From contig CAWILD010000013.1 of NCBI GenBank assembly GCA_963836815.1, positions 105,166 to 169,165 of the forward strand: a stretch of 64,000 bases of DNA. The letters are read 5' to 3'. Position numbers and translations under genes: made by a program. Within the stretch, counting starts at the first letter, position 1, and every line of letters starts with the position of its first letter. Source of the DNA: an uncultured Gemmatimonadales bacterium. GTDB taxonomy: Bacteria; Gemmatimonadota; Gemmatimonadetes; Gemmatimonadales; GWC2-71-9. Shown here one piece after another: positions 29,369-39,216 of this stretch. The notes beneath the pieces were generated by a model. That model was not told the origin of the DNA. It saw only the letters and a list, made by a program, of their open reading frames with translations, and made no database searches.

Positions 29369-30217
29369 GTGCGACGTGCGTCAACGGGCCCGGCACTCCT
29401 TGGTGTGCTCCTGCTGTGCATCCAAGCCGTGCCGGTCGCCTCGCAGCAGCCAACCGAGGACGAGGCCACGCGGCTGGCCAAGGCGACCCAGAACCCGGTC
29501 GCCGACCTCGTCAGCCTGCCGTTCCAGTTCAATTTCAACAACGGCGGGGGGTTCGACGACCGGACCTTCTTCAATCTCAACTTCCAACCGGTGGTCCCCA
29601 TCAAGGGCGTGCTGAAGAGATGGACCATCATCGCCCGCACGATCGTTCCGTACGTGAATCTTCCCACCGGGCCTGACAGTCGATCCGGCGGGTTCGGCGA
29701 CATCCAGGAGCAGATCTTCTTCACGCCTGCCCAGTCGGGTTCCGTCATCTGGGGGGTGGGTCCGATGTTCTCCATTCCCACCGCCACCGCCGATGCGGTA
29801 AGTACCGGCAGCTGGGCGTTCGGGCCGACGGCGGTCGTCCTGACCACCAGCGGACCCTGGGTCATTGGCGGGCTCTTCAACAATGTGTGGACCTTCGCCG
29901 ACGAGGGCGACGACACCGAGGTGAACCAGTTCCTGCTCCAGCCGTTCGTCAACTACAACTTCGGCAAGGGGTGGGCCCTGAGCACGGCGCCGAACATCAC
30001 TGCCAACTGGGACTCACCGGACGGCGAAGAGTGGACCGTCCCTCTCGGCGCTGGTCTCACCAAGACCACCGTCTTCAACGGCCGGCCGATGTCGGTCGGC
30101 TTTCAGTACTACCACAATATCGAGCACCCCACCGCCAGCGCTTCGAACCTGTTCCGCGTCACGATCTCGCTGCTGTATCCGTCACGCCCCAAGCCGAAGG
30201 CCGAGGCGGCGCCCTAA
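29369..30217 (+). CDS. Outer-membrane beta-barrel protein, MetA-pathway/'transporter'-like family
   Basis: GTG 29369 within ORF 29285-30217. Signal peptide, then KATQNPVADLVSLPFQFNFNNG...NFQPVVPI, which is typical of that family as I recall it. Confidence 0.55.
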   Translation: MRRASTGPALLGVLLLCIQAVPVASQQPTEDEATRLAKATQNPVADLVSLPFQFNFNNGGGFDDRTFFNLNFQPVVPIKGVLKRWTIIARTIVPYVNLPTGPDSRSGGFGDIQEQIFFTPAQSGSVIWGVGPMFSIPTATADAVSTGSWAFGPTAVVLTTSGPWVIGGLFNNVWTFADEGDDTEVNQFLLQPFVNYNFGKGWALSTAPNITANWDSPDGEEWTVPLGAGLTKTTVFNGRPMSVGFQYYHNIEHPTASASNLFRVTISLLYPSRPKPKAEAAP

Positions 30218-30230
30218 GCACGGGCAGGCG

Positions 30231-32306
30231 TCAGAAGGCCAGGCCGATGGCGAGGTGCAGGTGGAACCGGCGCCAGTCGCTCGTGGGCACGCTGGCGAGC
30301 GGCGCGCCCGCGACGACGGCGTCGAGCACCTCACTCGCTTCCCGCAGATCCAGCTCCGACGGATTCAGCTTGTACGCCAGGCTCACGCGGATGGCGCCTA
30401 CCGGGGTGAGATAGCTCAAGCCGGCGCCGGTGGCGAACCGGAAATCGGCCTCTGCGGGGAGGAAGGGGCTCTGCGAGAAACGATCGTCCGGCGTCCAGAC
30501 CTTGCCTCCGTCAAGAAAGACATGGGCGCCCCACTTCGACGACAGCCCCGGGGCTGGGAAGCGTAGCTCCAGCGACCCGGTGAGCCGCGCCAGCGCGCCG
30601 ATCGGCGCATAGTGGTCGGCCACCAGCACGGTGTCGGTTCCTTCCACCGACGTCTCCGCGTCGGGGAGCTTGGGGCCGAGCATCCGGCTGTCCCATCCAC
30701 GCACGTCGTCGGTGCCGCCCGCCGTCATGGACTGGTCCCGCAGGTACAGAAAGTCGATGGTGGGATCCTCGCCTGGAGCGGGGACGCTCTTCCCGAACGG
30801 AAAGAGGCGGCCCACCGAGACCCTCGCCGCCAGGACCAGATCCCGGCTCAGGGGCTGGTATCCCGCAGTGGTGAGGTCGAGGCGAACGAACGAGCTCGTG
30901 CTGAACGCGGTGGGAACGCTGACAGCGGCGCTCGGTCGGAAGAGAATTCCTTTCCGGGGGTTCACGACGTTGTCCACTGTGCCCAGGTTGGCGGACAGAG
31001 TCAGCGTGCTCTCGTCGTCGCTCGTCCCCAGCGAATCCAGCACACCGACGCCTGGCCCGCTCGCGAGGACGGGCGGCGTCACATCCCCGAAGCGGTACTC
31101 CAGGATCTCTCGGGCGCGATATCGGTACTGGAGCGCGATGGAAGAGAGGTCGCTGAGGCGGTAAACCAGCGAGGCGGTGACGCCCAGCGAGACGGACTTA
31201 TCCCGATAGTCGTCCTGATACTCGAAGAACGGCCCAATACTCCCGATCAGGCCCCGGACGAAGACGTACGGCTGGGTGAGCGTCAGTCCGGCATGCAGCA
31301 GTTGCTCGCTCTGCGCGCTGACCGAGGCCGCGCCAGTCTGGAGCTCCAGCGAAGCGGTGAGGCTTCGCGCACCGCCGGTGAAGTTCGGGTGAGTCCACTG
31401 AATCCGACCGGTCAGCCCCGCCCCGTCGGAGACGTAGCCGACTTCGGCCAGACTCAGGCGCGGGCGGGATTCCCCCACTCGGAGCTGGAGAGGGACCACG
31501 GAGTCTGCCGTGGCCGCGCCAGGGGTCAGCGTGACCTGCCGGAAGAGGTTGACCGCTTGTACGCGCGTGCGCCCCTGGGCCAGCGCCGAGGCGGAGATCC
31601 AGTCTCCCGGCTCGAAGGGGAGCTCGCGAGTCACCACCCGGTCGTCCACCGATTGATTGCCCTCGACCGTAACGGCCCCGACCCTCCGCCGGGGCCCCGG
31701 ATCGATCTCGACGGCAAGACCGGCCTGCCCGGCGGCGGAGTCAATCGTGACCACCGACCTGACGGCGGGCTCGGGAAAGCCGCGATCGCCCAGGAAGGCC
31801 ACGATCTTCGTCTCGACGGAACGACCCTCGGCCGACCCGAAGCGCCGCCCGCGCAACGAGGCGAGGTCGCGCTCGAGTGCTCGCCACTCGCCTGCCAACG
31901 AATCGGGCAAGCCCTTGACGGCGAGATTGATGTCGCGCAATGAGACCGCGGGGCCCTCCTGGACGAGAAAGGTCACGAATGCCGCCGTACCAGCCTCATT
32001 GCTCCTCACCTGGTAGTCGATCTCCGGACGGAGGAAACCGGACCCCCGGTAGAAGCGCCGGAGCCGCACGACATCCTTCTGTAACTCGATCGGATCGAAC
32101 TGGTGAACATCCGGGGGATCGATGAGCGGCAGCTTGCCGAGGAGGCGCCTGGTCCTATACAGCGACCCCCGGCCTTCAAGCTTCAGTTGTTCCTCGAGGT
32201 CGGCGACGCGAAAGCTCTGGGTGGTGAGAAACCTGAAGTCCACCGAGGCCAGCTCCGCGGACGGACGGAGTCCGAGCGAGGCCGACTGTGCCTCCGCGCG
32301 CGACAC
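30231..32306 (-). CDS. Omp85-family outer-membrane protein (TamA/BamA-like, POTRA domains plus barrel)
   Basis: 691 aa. C-terminal barrel ending HLHLAIGLAF. A signal-peptide-like stretch LRPALVVAVCALLTVSRAEA lies in frame upstream of GTG 32306, so the true start may be nearer 32346. Confidence 0.8.
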   Translation of the reverse strand: MSRAEAQSASLGLRPSAELASVDFRFLTTQSFRVADLEEQLKLEGRGSLYRTRRLLGKLPLIDPPDVHQFDPIELQKDVVRLRRFYRGSGFLRPEIDYQVRSNEAGTAAFVTFLVQEGPAVSLRDINLAVKGLPDSLAGEWRALERDLASLRGRRFGSAEGRSVETKIVAFLGDRGFPEPAVRSVVTIDSAAGQAGLAVEIDPGPRRRVGAVTVEGNQSVDDRVVTRELPFEPGDWISASALAQGRTRVQAVNLFRQVTLTPGAATADSVVPLQLRVGESRPRLSLAEVGYVSDGAGLTGRIQWTHPNFTGGARSLTASLELQTGAASVSAQSEQLLHAGLTLTQPYVFVRGLIGSIGPFFEYQDDYRDKSVSLGVTASLVYRLSDLSSIALQYRYRAREILEYRFGDVTPPVLASGPGVGVLDSLGTSDDESTLTLSANLGTVDNVVNPRKGILFRPSAAVSVPTAFSTSSFVRLDLTTAGYQPLSRDLVLAARVSVGRLFPFGKSVPAPGEDPTIDFLYLRDQSMTAGGTDDVRGWDSRMLGPKLPDAETSVEGTDTVLVADHYAPIGALARLTGSLELRFPAPGLSSKWGAHVFLDGGKVWTPDDRFSQSPFLPAEADFRFATGAGLSYLTPVGAIRVSLAYKLNPSELDLREASEVLDAVVAGAPLASVPTSDWRRFHLHLAIGLAF

Positions 32307-32348
32307 CGTCAGGAGAGCGCAGACCGCTACGACGAGGGCAGGGCGCAG

Positions 32349-34817
32349 TCAATAGCCTCCGCGGAGGCGCAGGAACACCCGGAACTCGTCTCCCGCTCCC
32401 TGCAGGTTGAGCAGCGCCTTGCGGAATGCTGCGTACTCCACCTCGAACTCTATTACATCTCCCCCGCTCTCCGAGTCATCGTCCTGGGAGACTGATGCGG
32501 ACAGCGGTTGCCGGAAGCCGATGTAGAGGTCGGGTGAGACATACTTACCGGCCACCAGCGTCTGAGCGCCTTGCAGGTCCTGAAGGATCTGGACGACGTC
32601 GAAGCCCAGTTCCTGCCCAGCGGATCCCGCGATGGTACCGAGCGCCGCGCCGACGGCAAGCGAGGTGCCGGTGGCCAGAGTGCTCTGGCTCGAGGCCGAT
32701 TGCATGGTGGGGTCGGTAGTCGCCGGGGCTCCAGTCAGCAGGTAGGACATGATGTCCCGCTGCTCCATGCTCGGCCGCGAGCCCAGCGTGACGGCGATAC
32801 TGCCGGTATCCGCGGTCACGTCGGCGGTGATGGTGACGTCCGGCTCTCCCAACTGTCCCTGGGACACGACGCGGTATTCCGCTCCCAGATCGAGCTGCGC
32901 GGCGTCGAGTGGCCCCTTGAGCTGGGCACCGCCTCGCATGAGCTCGAACCGCCTGCCCACCAGCTCGACGAAGCTGCGGCCAGGCAGCGCCCGGATGTCC
33001 CCGCGCACGTCGAGCTTCCCCCCCGGCTCCTTCTCGATGCCGAGCTCTCCGGTCAGCTCGACCGCCACGACGGGGTCGCTCCTGCGACGGATCCAGTTGT
33101 TCGGGCCCAGAGTCACGTCGAGGTCCAGGCCGGCGGCCTCGAACAGGCCGGGCTCGCCCGTGCCTTTGGCGAGAGATCCGAACCGCTGCTCCACCGTCGC
33201 CAGGTCCTCGGGGCTGAGCTCGACATCCGCGACCGCCCCCTCGGAGTTTCCCCCGGTGAGGTAGACGGAGGCATTTTCCGTTACGAGCTTGCCGCTCAGG
33301 ACCGGTGCCGCGCTCGTGCCATCCAGATGAATCTTCCCGGTCAACTTCGCGCCGAAGTCCTTGGCGTCGGCGACCTGGAAGTCGCGCAGATCCGCATCCA
33401 GGTCGAGCCCGACCCGGGCGGAGTCCTGGAGCCGGATCGCTCCAGTTGCCGCGACCTCCCCGCCGCCTGCGCGCACTCGGGCAGTGGTCAGTCGAAGCTC
33501 GCGGCCGGCCAACGACGCCTCGATGGTGCCCTTGTAGGTGGCGCCGAGCCTTGGAGCGTTGACCTTGAAGTCCTTCAGCCGAACCGGCCCGTTGATCTCA
33601 GGCGCGTCGGCGGTGCCCCGGACGGCCACGTCCATCGAAAGGAGACCTTTCAGGTCCGTGATGTCCTCCGAGGCAAGCAACGGCTCCAGGGTCTCCAGCC
33701 TGAAGGCATTCGTCCTCGCATCCACCATCACGCGGCCGCCGCGCAGAGGTCGGATCAGGCCACCGGTCGAATCACCGTCCACCAGCGACAGCGCGAGCGG
33801 GACGACACCCTTGATCGTCACACTGTCGCCCTTGGCCGGCACGAGGCCCAGATCGAGGGCGAGTCCGAGCGAGTCCCAGTCCATGGTCCCGCGGGCGTGA
33901 CCCAGGCGCTTCGCCGCCGACAGAAACGTGACGGACAGGTCCCCGGTGGCACGCGGCGCGGCTGCAGGGCCGCGGAGGTCGAATGTCCCCCCCACAACTC
34001 CATCGAGCCCTCTCACGCCGAGCAGCTCCGCGAGCGGGCCCACTCGAGCCGAGTCGATCCGCGCGTGGAGCGATTGCTCCCCTCGTCGGTCGATGACGCC
34101 ATCCACCGCGACGCGCTGGACCCCGGAGGCGAGTATCAGGTCTCCGATGGTGATCCGGTCGCCGTACGAGATGTCCACCGGATGGGCGAGCCCCCAACGC
34201 CCCACCCCGGTGCGCAGGTCGATACTGTCCAGACGGGCGGTGCCTTCGCGGTTCCACCGGCCGACGATTCTCGCGCCTCGGTCCCGATCCATGAGCGCAT
34301 CGGCGGTGAGGCTGATGCCTCCTCCGGCGTACGCGGCCTGCAGGGACGCCGAATCCACGGTGAGATTCCCGCGAGAAAATCGCTCCAGAATCACGGTGCC
34401 GTGACCTGACTCGAGCGACCGCCGATCGGCGTCAAGCCGACCGGTGAAGCCGAGCTCGACCTCGCCGACTCGAGTCGCGTCGATCGCAAGGCCGTCGGCG
34501 CGCGCCGTCACATCCACCGCGAGCGCATCGGTGGGGCCCCTCAGCGTGGCCGAGAAGCTGAGGGAGTCGGACGCGAGCGAATCCAGATCCAGCAGGGGCG
34601 AGAGGGGCGAGAGATCGGTCAGCCGGCCCGAAAGGCGAAGGTTGGAGGGAATCGTGCCACTGCCGGCGATTTCCCCGATGCTCGAGCGCACGGCGAGGGT
34701 ATCGATGCGGCGGTCGCCGTTCGCCAGGCGGAGTACGGCGAACGCGGTGTCTACCCGGACACCTCGGACCATGCCGGTCGCGCTGACCTTGGATGCGTGT
34801 GGAGTCGGCCGTCCCAC
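32349..34817 (-). CDS. tamB: TamB-like translocation/assembly module protein, C-terminal part (DUF490 region)
   Basis: 822-aa ORF in the same frame as ORF 34857-37118, separated from it only by two TGA codons. Repetitive beta-rich sequence with a conserved C-terminus ...FRVFLRLRGGY. Confidence 0.7.
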   Translation of the reverse strand: MGRPTPHASKVSATGMVRGVRVDTAFAVLRLANGDRRIDTLAVRSSIGEIAGSGTIPSNLRLSGRLTDLSPLSPLLDLDSLASDSLSFSATLRGPTDALAVDVTARADGLAIDATRVGEVELGFTGRLDADRRSLESGHGTVILERFSRGNLTVDSASLQAAYAGGGISLTADALMDRDRGARIVGRWNREGTARLDSIDLRTGVGRWGLAHPVDISYGDRITIGDLILASGVQRVAVDGVIDRRGEQSLHARIDSARVGPLAELLGVRGLDGVVGGTFDLRGPAAAPRATGDLSVTFLSAAKRLGHARGTMDWDSLGLALDLGLVPAKGDSVTIKGVVPLALSLVDGDSTGGLIRPLRGGRVMVDARTNAFRLETLEPLLASEDITDLKGLLSMDVAVRGTADAPEINGPVRLKDFKVNAPRLGATYKGTIEASLAGRELRLTTARVRAGGGEVAATGAIRLQDSARVGLDLDADLRDFQVADAKDFGAKLTGKIHLDGTSAAPVLSGKLVTENASVYLTGGNSEGAVADVELSPEDLATVEQRFGSLAKGTGEPGLFEAAGLDLDVTLGPNNWIRRRSDPVVAVELTGELGIEKEPGGKLDVRGDIRALPGRSFVELVGRRFELMRGGAQLKGPLDAAQLDLGAEYRVVSQGQLGEPDVTITADVTADTGSIAVTLGSRPSMEQRDIMSYLLTGAPATTDPTMQSASSQSTLATGTSLAVGAALGTIAGSAGQELGFDVVQILQDLQGAQTLVAGKYVSPDLYIGFRQPLSASVSQDDDSESGGDVIEFEVEYAAFRKALLNLQGAGDEFRVFLRLRGGY

Positions 34818-34856
34818 TCACCGCCAGGCTGTCCTGCCCCGCGGCGAGCGCGCCCG

Positions 34857-37118
34857 TCAAGCCGCAGCTTCCCACCCTCCAGTGCCGACTGTGGCCCGGC
34901 CGGTTCGAAGAACCGTGCCCCGGACCTCGGAGCCAGCGAGGTCGAGGGTGGCGGTGACGGCGGCATCGCGCAGTGAGGTACCTCGCGCCCGGCCCGCCAT
35001 GTGGCCGCGCAACCTGCTGTCGAACTTCGGGTCGTTCAGGAGCCTCGCGAGGTTCACGTCCTCCAGGCGGACGTCCTGCAACTCCAGGGTCGGCACCGAG
35101 TCGAGGGGACGGGAGGTGCCCGCCAGTGTCACGCGTCCACTGGAGTCGCGCACGTCGGCCCGGAACGTCGCCAGCCCGTCTGCGAGCGAGCCGGACGCCT
35201 CGACGCTCGCCCGAGTCGTGATCCCCAGGCCGGGGAAGAGCCGTTGCAAGTCCACCTGTTGAAGTGACGCGCGCCGGACCTGGAAGGAGGTAGTCGTTTC
35301 GAACGGTCGGGCATCCGCCTCGAGCGCTACCCCGGCTCCCTCGGCTGTTCCCCGGGTGCGCACACTCAGTCTGCCGCCGCGTAACGTCACATCGGCCCGC
35401 AGGCTGTCGATGCGGCGGGCCGCGACAGTCGAGGAGAGGAGGTCCACTTGCGCGTCCACCAGCGCGGTCGAGGGCTCCGTGCCGGCCCCCAGGAGGGTGA
35501 ATCGGGCATTGATGGAGGAGCCCGCGGGGATCTCGAGGTGCTCGACGGTGCCGCGCCGGATGCTGTACCGCACCGGTGAGCCCAAACGCACTGCGCCGTC
35601 TGCGCGGACGGCTCCGCCGGCCAGCTCCAGGGTTGTCGCTATGTTGGCCGCGCCGCCGCGCCCGTCGATCCGGAGCTGAACCGGCGACATCCTGCCGCCG
35701 GCGAAGTCGCTCGGTGGGCGCCACGTGCCCCGGAGGTGGTAGCCAGGCACCGAGTCGAAGGGCCGCACCTTCCCGCGGAGACTCAGGCGGGAGGCCTTGG
35801 CCTCACCGGTGGCATCCACCTCGGCTTCTCCCTCCACCAGTCGGGCCCGGAGCCTCGCCGTGGCGGGCCCGCGCAGGTCCAGCGACACCGTGCCGTCGAG
35901 GCGGTCGGGACGATCGCCCTGGAGGTCGGCGGCGACCTCCGCGTCCACCGGCGGCAGGGGCTCGGCCCGTCCCATGAGGCGGGCCACATCGAGTCCGCGC
36001 GCCCGTGCGCGAACCGAGTAGGTGGCCGGACCGGCGCCCGGCAACGGGGCGGCACCCTCCAGCTCCAGGCTTCCTCCTCCGCCGTCGAGCCGGAGATCGC
36101 CGCGGTAGGTGACCCGGTCCGCGGAGCCCACGGCTCGAAGCCGAAGAGCGACCTCACCAGCGCGATCGAGTTGCCCGTGCATGCCACGCAGATCTCGCAG
36201 AGACAATCTCGGCGCGTCCACCGCCAGGTCGATGTCTCGGAGCCCGCGCACACCTCCGCCAAGGACCTGGGCCGTCCCGTGAAGCGCAATGGCACTGGAA
36301 TCCGAGCTGAGGCCGAGCCGGGTCACCGTGATCCGGCGACCTCGGAACGAGCCCGAGCCGGCGATGGCAACCGACTCGGGGAAGGGGGGCGGGGGATGGA
36401 GTCCGAGCGAGATCGTGTCGAGCGTGAACTCGATGCCGTCGGCTATCCGAAGGTCCCGCGCCCGCAGCTCGAGGCCCTCCACGCCGAGGCTCGCCGTCCC
36501 GCTGTCGCTCCGGAACTCCGCTCTGCCGCCGGCTCCGGAGATGAGCAGCTTCCGCACGAGTACCCGTCGCGAGCCCCCCCGCTTCGAGCCACTCGTCGGG
36601 ACGGCATTCTTCGGCAGCTCCCAGGATCCGTCAGGCTGCTGTCTCAGACGTACCGCCGCGCCGGCCACCGTGACCTCGTCGATCACGATCTCGTCGCTCA
36701 GCAAGCTGGCGAGCGAATAGCGGAGACGGACCCGCTCGACGCGCGCCGGCACATCTCCCGATCCCGTTCGCAGGACGAGATCACGGAGAACCACGGTCCG
36801 GATCAGACTCCCGCCGACGCCGTCGACAGCGAGGGTCGTTCCGGCATAGGGGTTGATTGCCCGAAGAGCGCGGTTCACCGCCCATCGGGCCCCGCCGAGA
36901 TGGAGAGTCAGGCCGATCGCCGCCAGGATGAGGATCCCGATCACGACGAGAGCCAGCAGAAGGCGAACCGCCCGCCGCATCATCGACGGAAGGGGTCGAA
37001 ATCCCAGGCCGAGCCGCATCCTGCACCAAGGTGCAACGTCCGCTCTCCTCCGGCGCTTAGTAGCGCCGCGGTCAGCCGGTCGCCATCGATGGTCGGAATC
37101 CCAATGATTCTCTACCAC
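34857..37118 (-). CDS. tamB: TamB-like protein, N-terminal part (signal anchor plus repeats)
   Basis: 753-aa ORF. The probable real start is MMRRAVRLLLALVVIGILILAAIG at 36983. See the finding on the interruption at 34818-34859. Confidence 0.7.
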   Translation of the reverse strand: MVENHWDSDHRWRPADRGATKRRRRADVAPWCRMRLGLGFRPLPSMMRRAVRLLLALVVIGILILAAIGLTLHLGGARWAVNRALRAINPYAGTTLAVDGVGGSLIRTVVLRDLVLRTGSGDVPARVERVRLRYSLASLLSDEIVIDEVTVAGAAVRLRQQPDGSWELPKNAVPTSGSKRGGSRRVLVRKLLISGAGGRAEFRSDSGTASLGVEGLELRARDLRIADGIEFTLDTISLGLHPPPPFPESVAIAGSGSFRGRRITVTRLGLSSDSSAIALHGTAQVLGGGVRGLRDIDLAVDAPRLSLRDLRGMHGQLDRAGEVALRLRAVGSADRVTYRGDLRLDGGGGSLELEGAAPLPGAGPATYSVRARARGLDVARLMGRAEPLPPVDAEVAADLQGDRPDRLDGTVSLDLRGPATARLRARLVEGEAEVDATGEAKASRLSLRGKVRPFDSVPGYHLRGTWRPPSDFAGGRMSPVQLRIDGRGGAANIATTLELAGGAVRADGAVRLGSPVRYSIRRGTVEHLEIPAGSSINARFTLLGAGTEPSTALVDAQVDLLSSTVAARRIDSLRADVTLRGGRLSVRTRGTAEGAGVALEADARPFETTTSFQVRRASLQQVDLQRLFPGLGITTRASVEASGSLADGLATFRADVRDSSGRVTLAGTSRPLDSVPTLELQDVRLEDVNLARLLNDPKFDSRLRGHMAGRARGTSLRDAAVTATLDLAGSEVRGTVLRTGRATVGTGGWEAAA
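37022..37035. promoter_or_regulatory. Copy C of the palindromic motif (TGCACCAAGGTGCA, perfect inverted repeat)
   Basis: 39 nt upstream of the probable tamB start at 36983. Confidence 0.5.
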
Positions 37119-37168
37119 AAGTGCCGACCTTGGTAGTGGCTGCCGAAAGCACCTCGACCGGTCGCTCC

Positions 37169-37182
37169 TGCACCAAGGTGCA
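37169..37182. promoter_or_regulatory. Copy D of the palindromic motif (TGCACCAAGGTGCA), identical to copy C
   Basis: 147 bp from copy C, sharing the flank CCTGCACCAAGGTGCAA. Lies between tamB and the plus-strand OMP gene. Confidence 0.5.
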
Positions 37183-37454
37183 ATGGCTGGTCCGCCCCCT
37201 CCCGGTATGATCGAGGGCTATCCTAGCCCGAGTGGCGCTCATGGATGAGATGGTTTCCCGGTTCTGGCACGCTTTGCTCTCGCGAGCGTGCTCGACCTCA
37301 TCTACCAGTTCACGGTGCTCAAGGGGTTCCGGCCGGTGGAGACGGTGGTGATCGCCCTTCTGCTCGCGATCGTGCTCTACTGTGCTGATCCGCGGGGTGG
37401 TGGACCGGATCGCTCGCGCCAGTCACCGCCCCATTCCACGCTAGGCCGGGTTGA

Positions 37455-38217
37455 ATGATTCCGCTCAGACCGCGACGAATGGCCGAGGTCTTTGTCGTCA
37501 CGACGTTGGTGGCCGGGGCCTTCGCCCAGCGGGCCGTCGCGCAGGACACTGTCGGATGGCAGGTAACCTTTACCCCGTATGTCTGGCTGGCGGGCACCAA
37601 AGGCCAGCTCGGCATCGGCGACAGGGTCGCCGACGTGGACCTCAGCTTCGGGGACATTCTCGAGACCCTCGACATGGCCCTGATGGGCCAGCTCGAGGCG
37701 CGTCGCGGACCATGGGCGGGGCTGCTCGATATGGTGTACGTCAGCACCCTGATGGAACAGGATCTGACCTCGCCCGCTCCCGCAACCGTCGACCTCACGC
37801 AGGATCAGGTCATCCTCCAACCCGAGGTCGGCTACGCCGTTCTGCAGCGCCCGTGGGGCGGAGTCGATGCCCTCGTGGGTCTCCGCTACTGGCACCTGAC
37901 CGCCGGGCTCGACGTTTCGGTGAGTGGGGGCCCGAGCGACTCGCGGGAAGGCAGCAAGGAGCTGGGTGGACGGCACGGTCGGCGGCCGGATCCGGTATCG
38001 TGCGGGGGAGAAGTGGCGCCTCTACGCCAAGGTGGACCTTGGCGCCGGCGGCTCCAAGTTCACCTGGCAGGCGCTCGGCGGCGCGGCATACGACCTGGGA
38101 CGCTGCTGTGCGCTCACCGCCGCGTACCGGCACCTGGACGTAGATTACGACAGCGACGATTTCCTGTTCGACACCTACCTTACCGGTCCGGCACTCGGGG
38201 TCGAGCTCCGTTTCTAG
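37455..38217 (+). pseudogene. Outer-membrane beta-barrel protein with an apparent frameshift near 37950-37962
   Basis: N-terminus in ORF 37455-38495 (signal peptide, WQVTFTPYVWLAGTKGQLGIG). C-terminus in ORF 37924-38217, ending GPALGVELRF. Confidence 0.65.
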
Positions 38218-38256
38218 GACCCACGTCACGACGCGCAGTCGACAAGGAGTGCCCTC

Positions 38257-38850
38257 ATGCGGTTGATCCTTGGATCGGCAGTCATCTTGTTGGCGGCCTG
38301 CGCGCCCACCACCGAGGTGGTGAACAGCTGGAAGGACCCCAGCGCGCAAGGGATCAAGTTCAACAGGATCGTGGCCGTGTGTCAGTGCCGCGACGCCTCG
38401 ACCCGTCGGACCGTCGAGGACCAGCTCGCCAAGCGGATCCAGCGCACGACGCCGAGCTACACCCTGCTCTCGGATCAGGAAATTCGCGATCCTGAGGTCG
38501 CCAAGGCCAAGGTCAAGGAAGCCGGGTTCGACGGCGCGGTCGTCATGCAACTGGCCAGCGTGGACCGTCAGAGCACCTACGTGCCGGGACAGACCTACGC
38601 CGTCGCGACGCCGTACACCTCGATGTGGGGCGGATGGGGCTACGGGTGGAGCATGGCCTACGATCCGGGCTACGTGCGCACGGACCAGTACGTGGACTTC
38701 AACACCTATGTCTACTCCGTGGCGGACGAGAAGCTGCTGTGGGCCAGCCGGAGCCAGACCGACAATCCTTCGTCGGTCCCCGCGCTGGTGGACGACATCA
38801 TCAACGCAACCGCCGCCGAGATGAAGAAGCAGAAAGTGCTGAGCGACTAG
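38257..38850 (+). CDS. Conserved hypothetical lipoprotein (paralog of 41047-41655)
   Basis: Lipobox LLAAC. 197 aa and intact. Shares VNSWKDPSA.G.KF..., TRRTVED.LA, DEKLLWASRSQT.NPSSV with its paralog. Confidence 0.75.
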   Translation: MRLILGSAVILLAACAPTTEVVNSWKDPSAQGIKFNRIVAVCQCRDASTRRTVEDQLAKRIQRTTPSYTLLSDQEIRDPEVAKAKVKEAGFDGAVVMQLASVDRQSTYVPGQTYAVATPYTSMWGGWGYGWSMAYDPGYVRTDQYVDFNTYVYSVADEKLLWASRSQTDNPSSVPALVDDIINATAAEMKKQKVLSD

Positions 38851-38859
38851 CCCGCCGCC

Positions 38860-39216
38860 ATGGTCGAAACACTCGAGCAGTTCGCAAACTCGGTCGCGCT
38901 CGGGGTGGAGACGGCTGCCGCGCTCCTCATCGGCGTCGGGGCGTTGCAGACGCTGCTCACGCTGTTCGATCCGCGCCGGGCTTTGACCATCGGACGGAAG
39001 CGGATCGCGTGGCTCGGTTTCGCGCGCTGGCTGGTGCTCGCGCTCGAGTTCGAGCTCGCGGCCGACATCATCCGGACGGCGATCTCGCCTACCTGGGACG
39101 ACATCGGCCAGCTGGGGGCCATCGCAGTGATCCGGACCTTCCTCAACTTCTTCCTCGAGCGGGACATGAAGGAGCTGTCCGAGCCCGAGAAAGGCCGATA
39201 CCGCCTCGCAGCCTAG
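38860..39216 (+). CDS. DUF1622 family membrane protein
   Basis: 118 aa. LVLALEFELAADIIRTAISPTWDDIGQLGAIAVIRTFLNFFLERD is typical of DUF1622. Confidence 0.75.
   Translation: MVETLEQFANSVALGVETAAALLIGVGALQTLLTLFDPRRALTIGRKRIAWLGFARWLVLALEFELAADIIRTAISPTWDDIGQLGAIAVIRTFLNFFLERDMKELSEPEKGRYRLAA

Noticed and set aside
34818-34859. The two in-frame TGAs in tamB as selenocysteine codons (selB is present in the window).
   Set aside because: TamB is not a redox protein, and two Sec codons 13 codons apart would be unprecedented. The intervening peptide looks like non-protein. An alternative frame gives plausible sequence, so indels are the simpler explanation.
37183-37450. A possible small membrane protein gene downstream of motif copy D (MAGPPPPGMIEGY... 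and, in another frame, ...ALASVLDLIYQFTVLKGFRPVETVVIALLLAIVLY).
   Set aside because: No single frame has a start codon together with the hydrophobic segment. Each piece is under 60 codons. It may be a frameshifted small gene or a remnant, but I cannot support a call.
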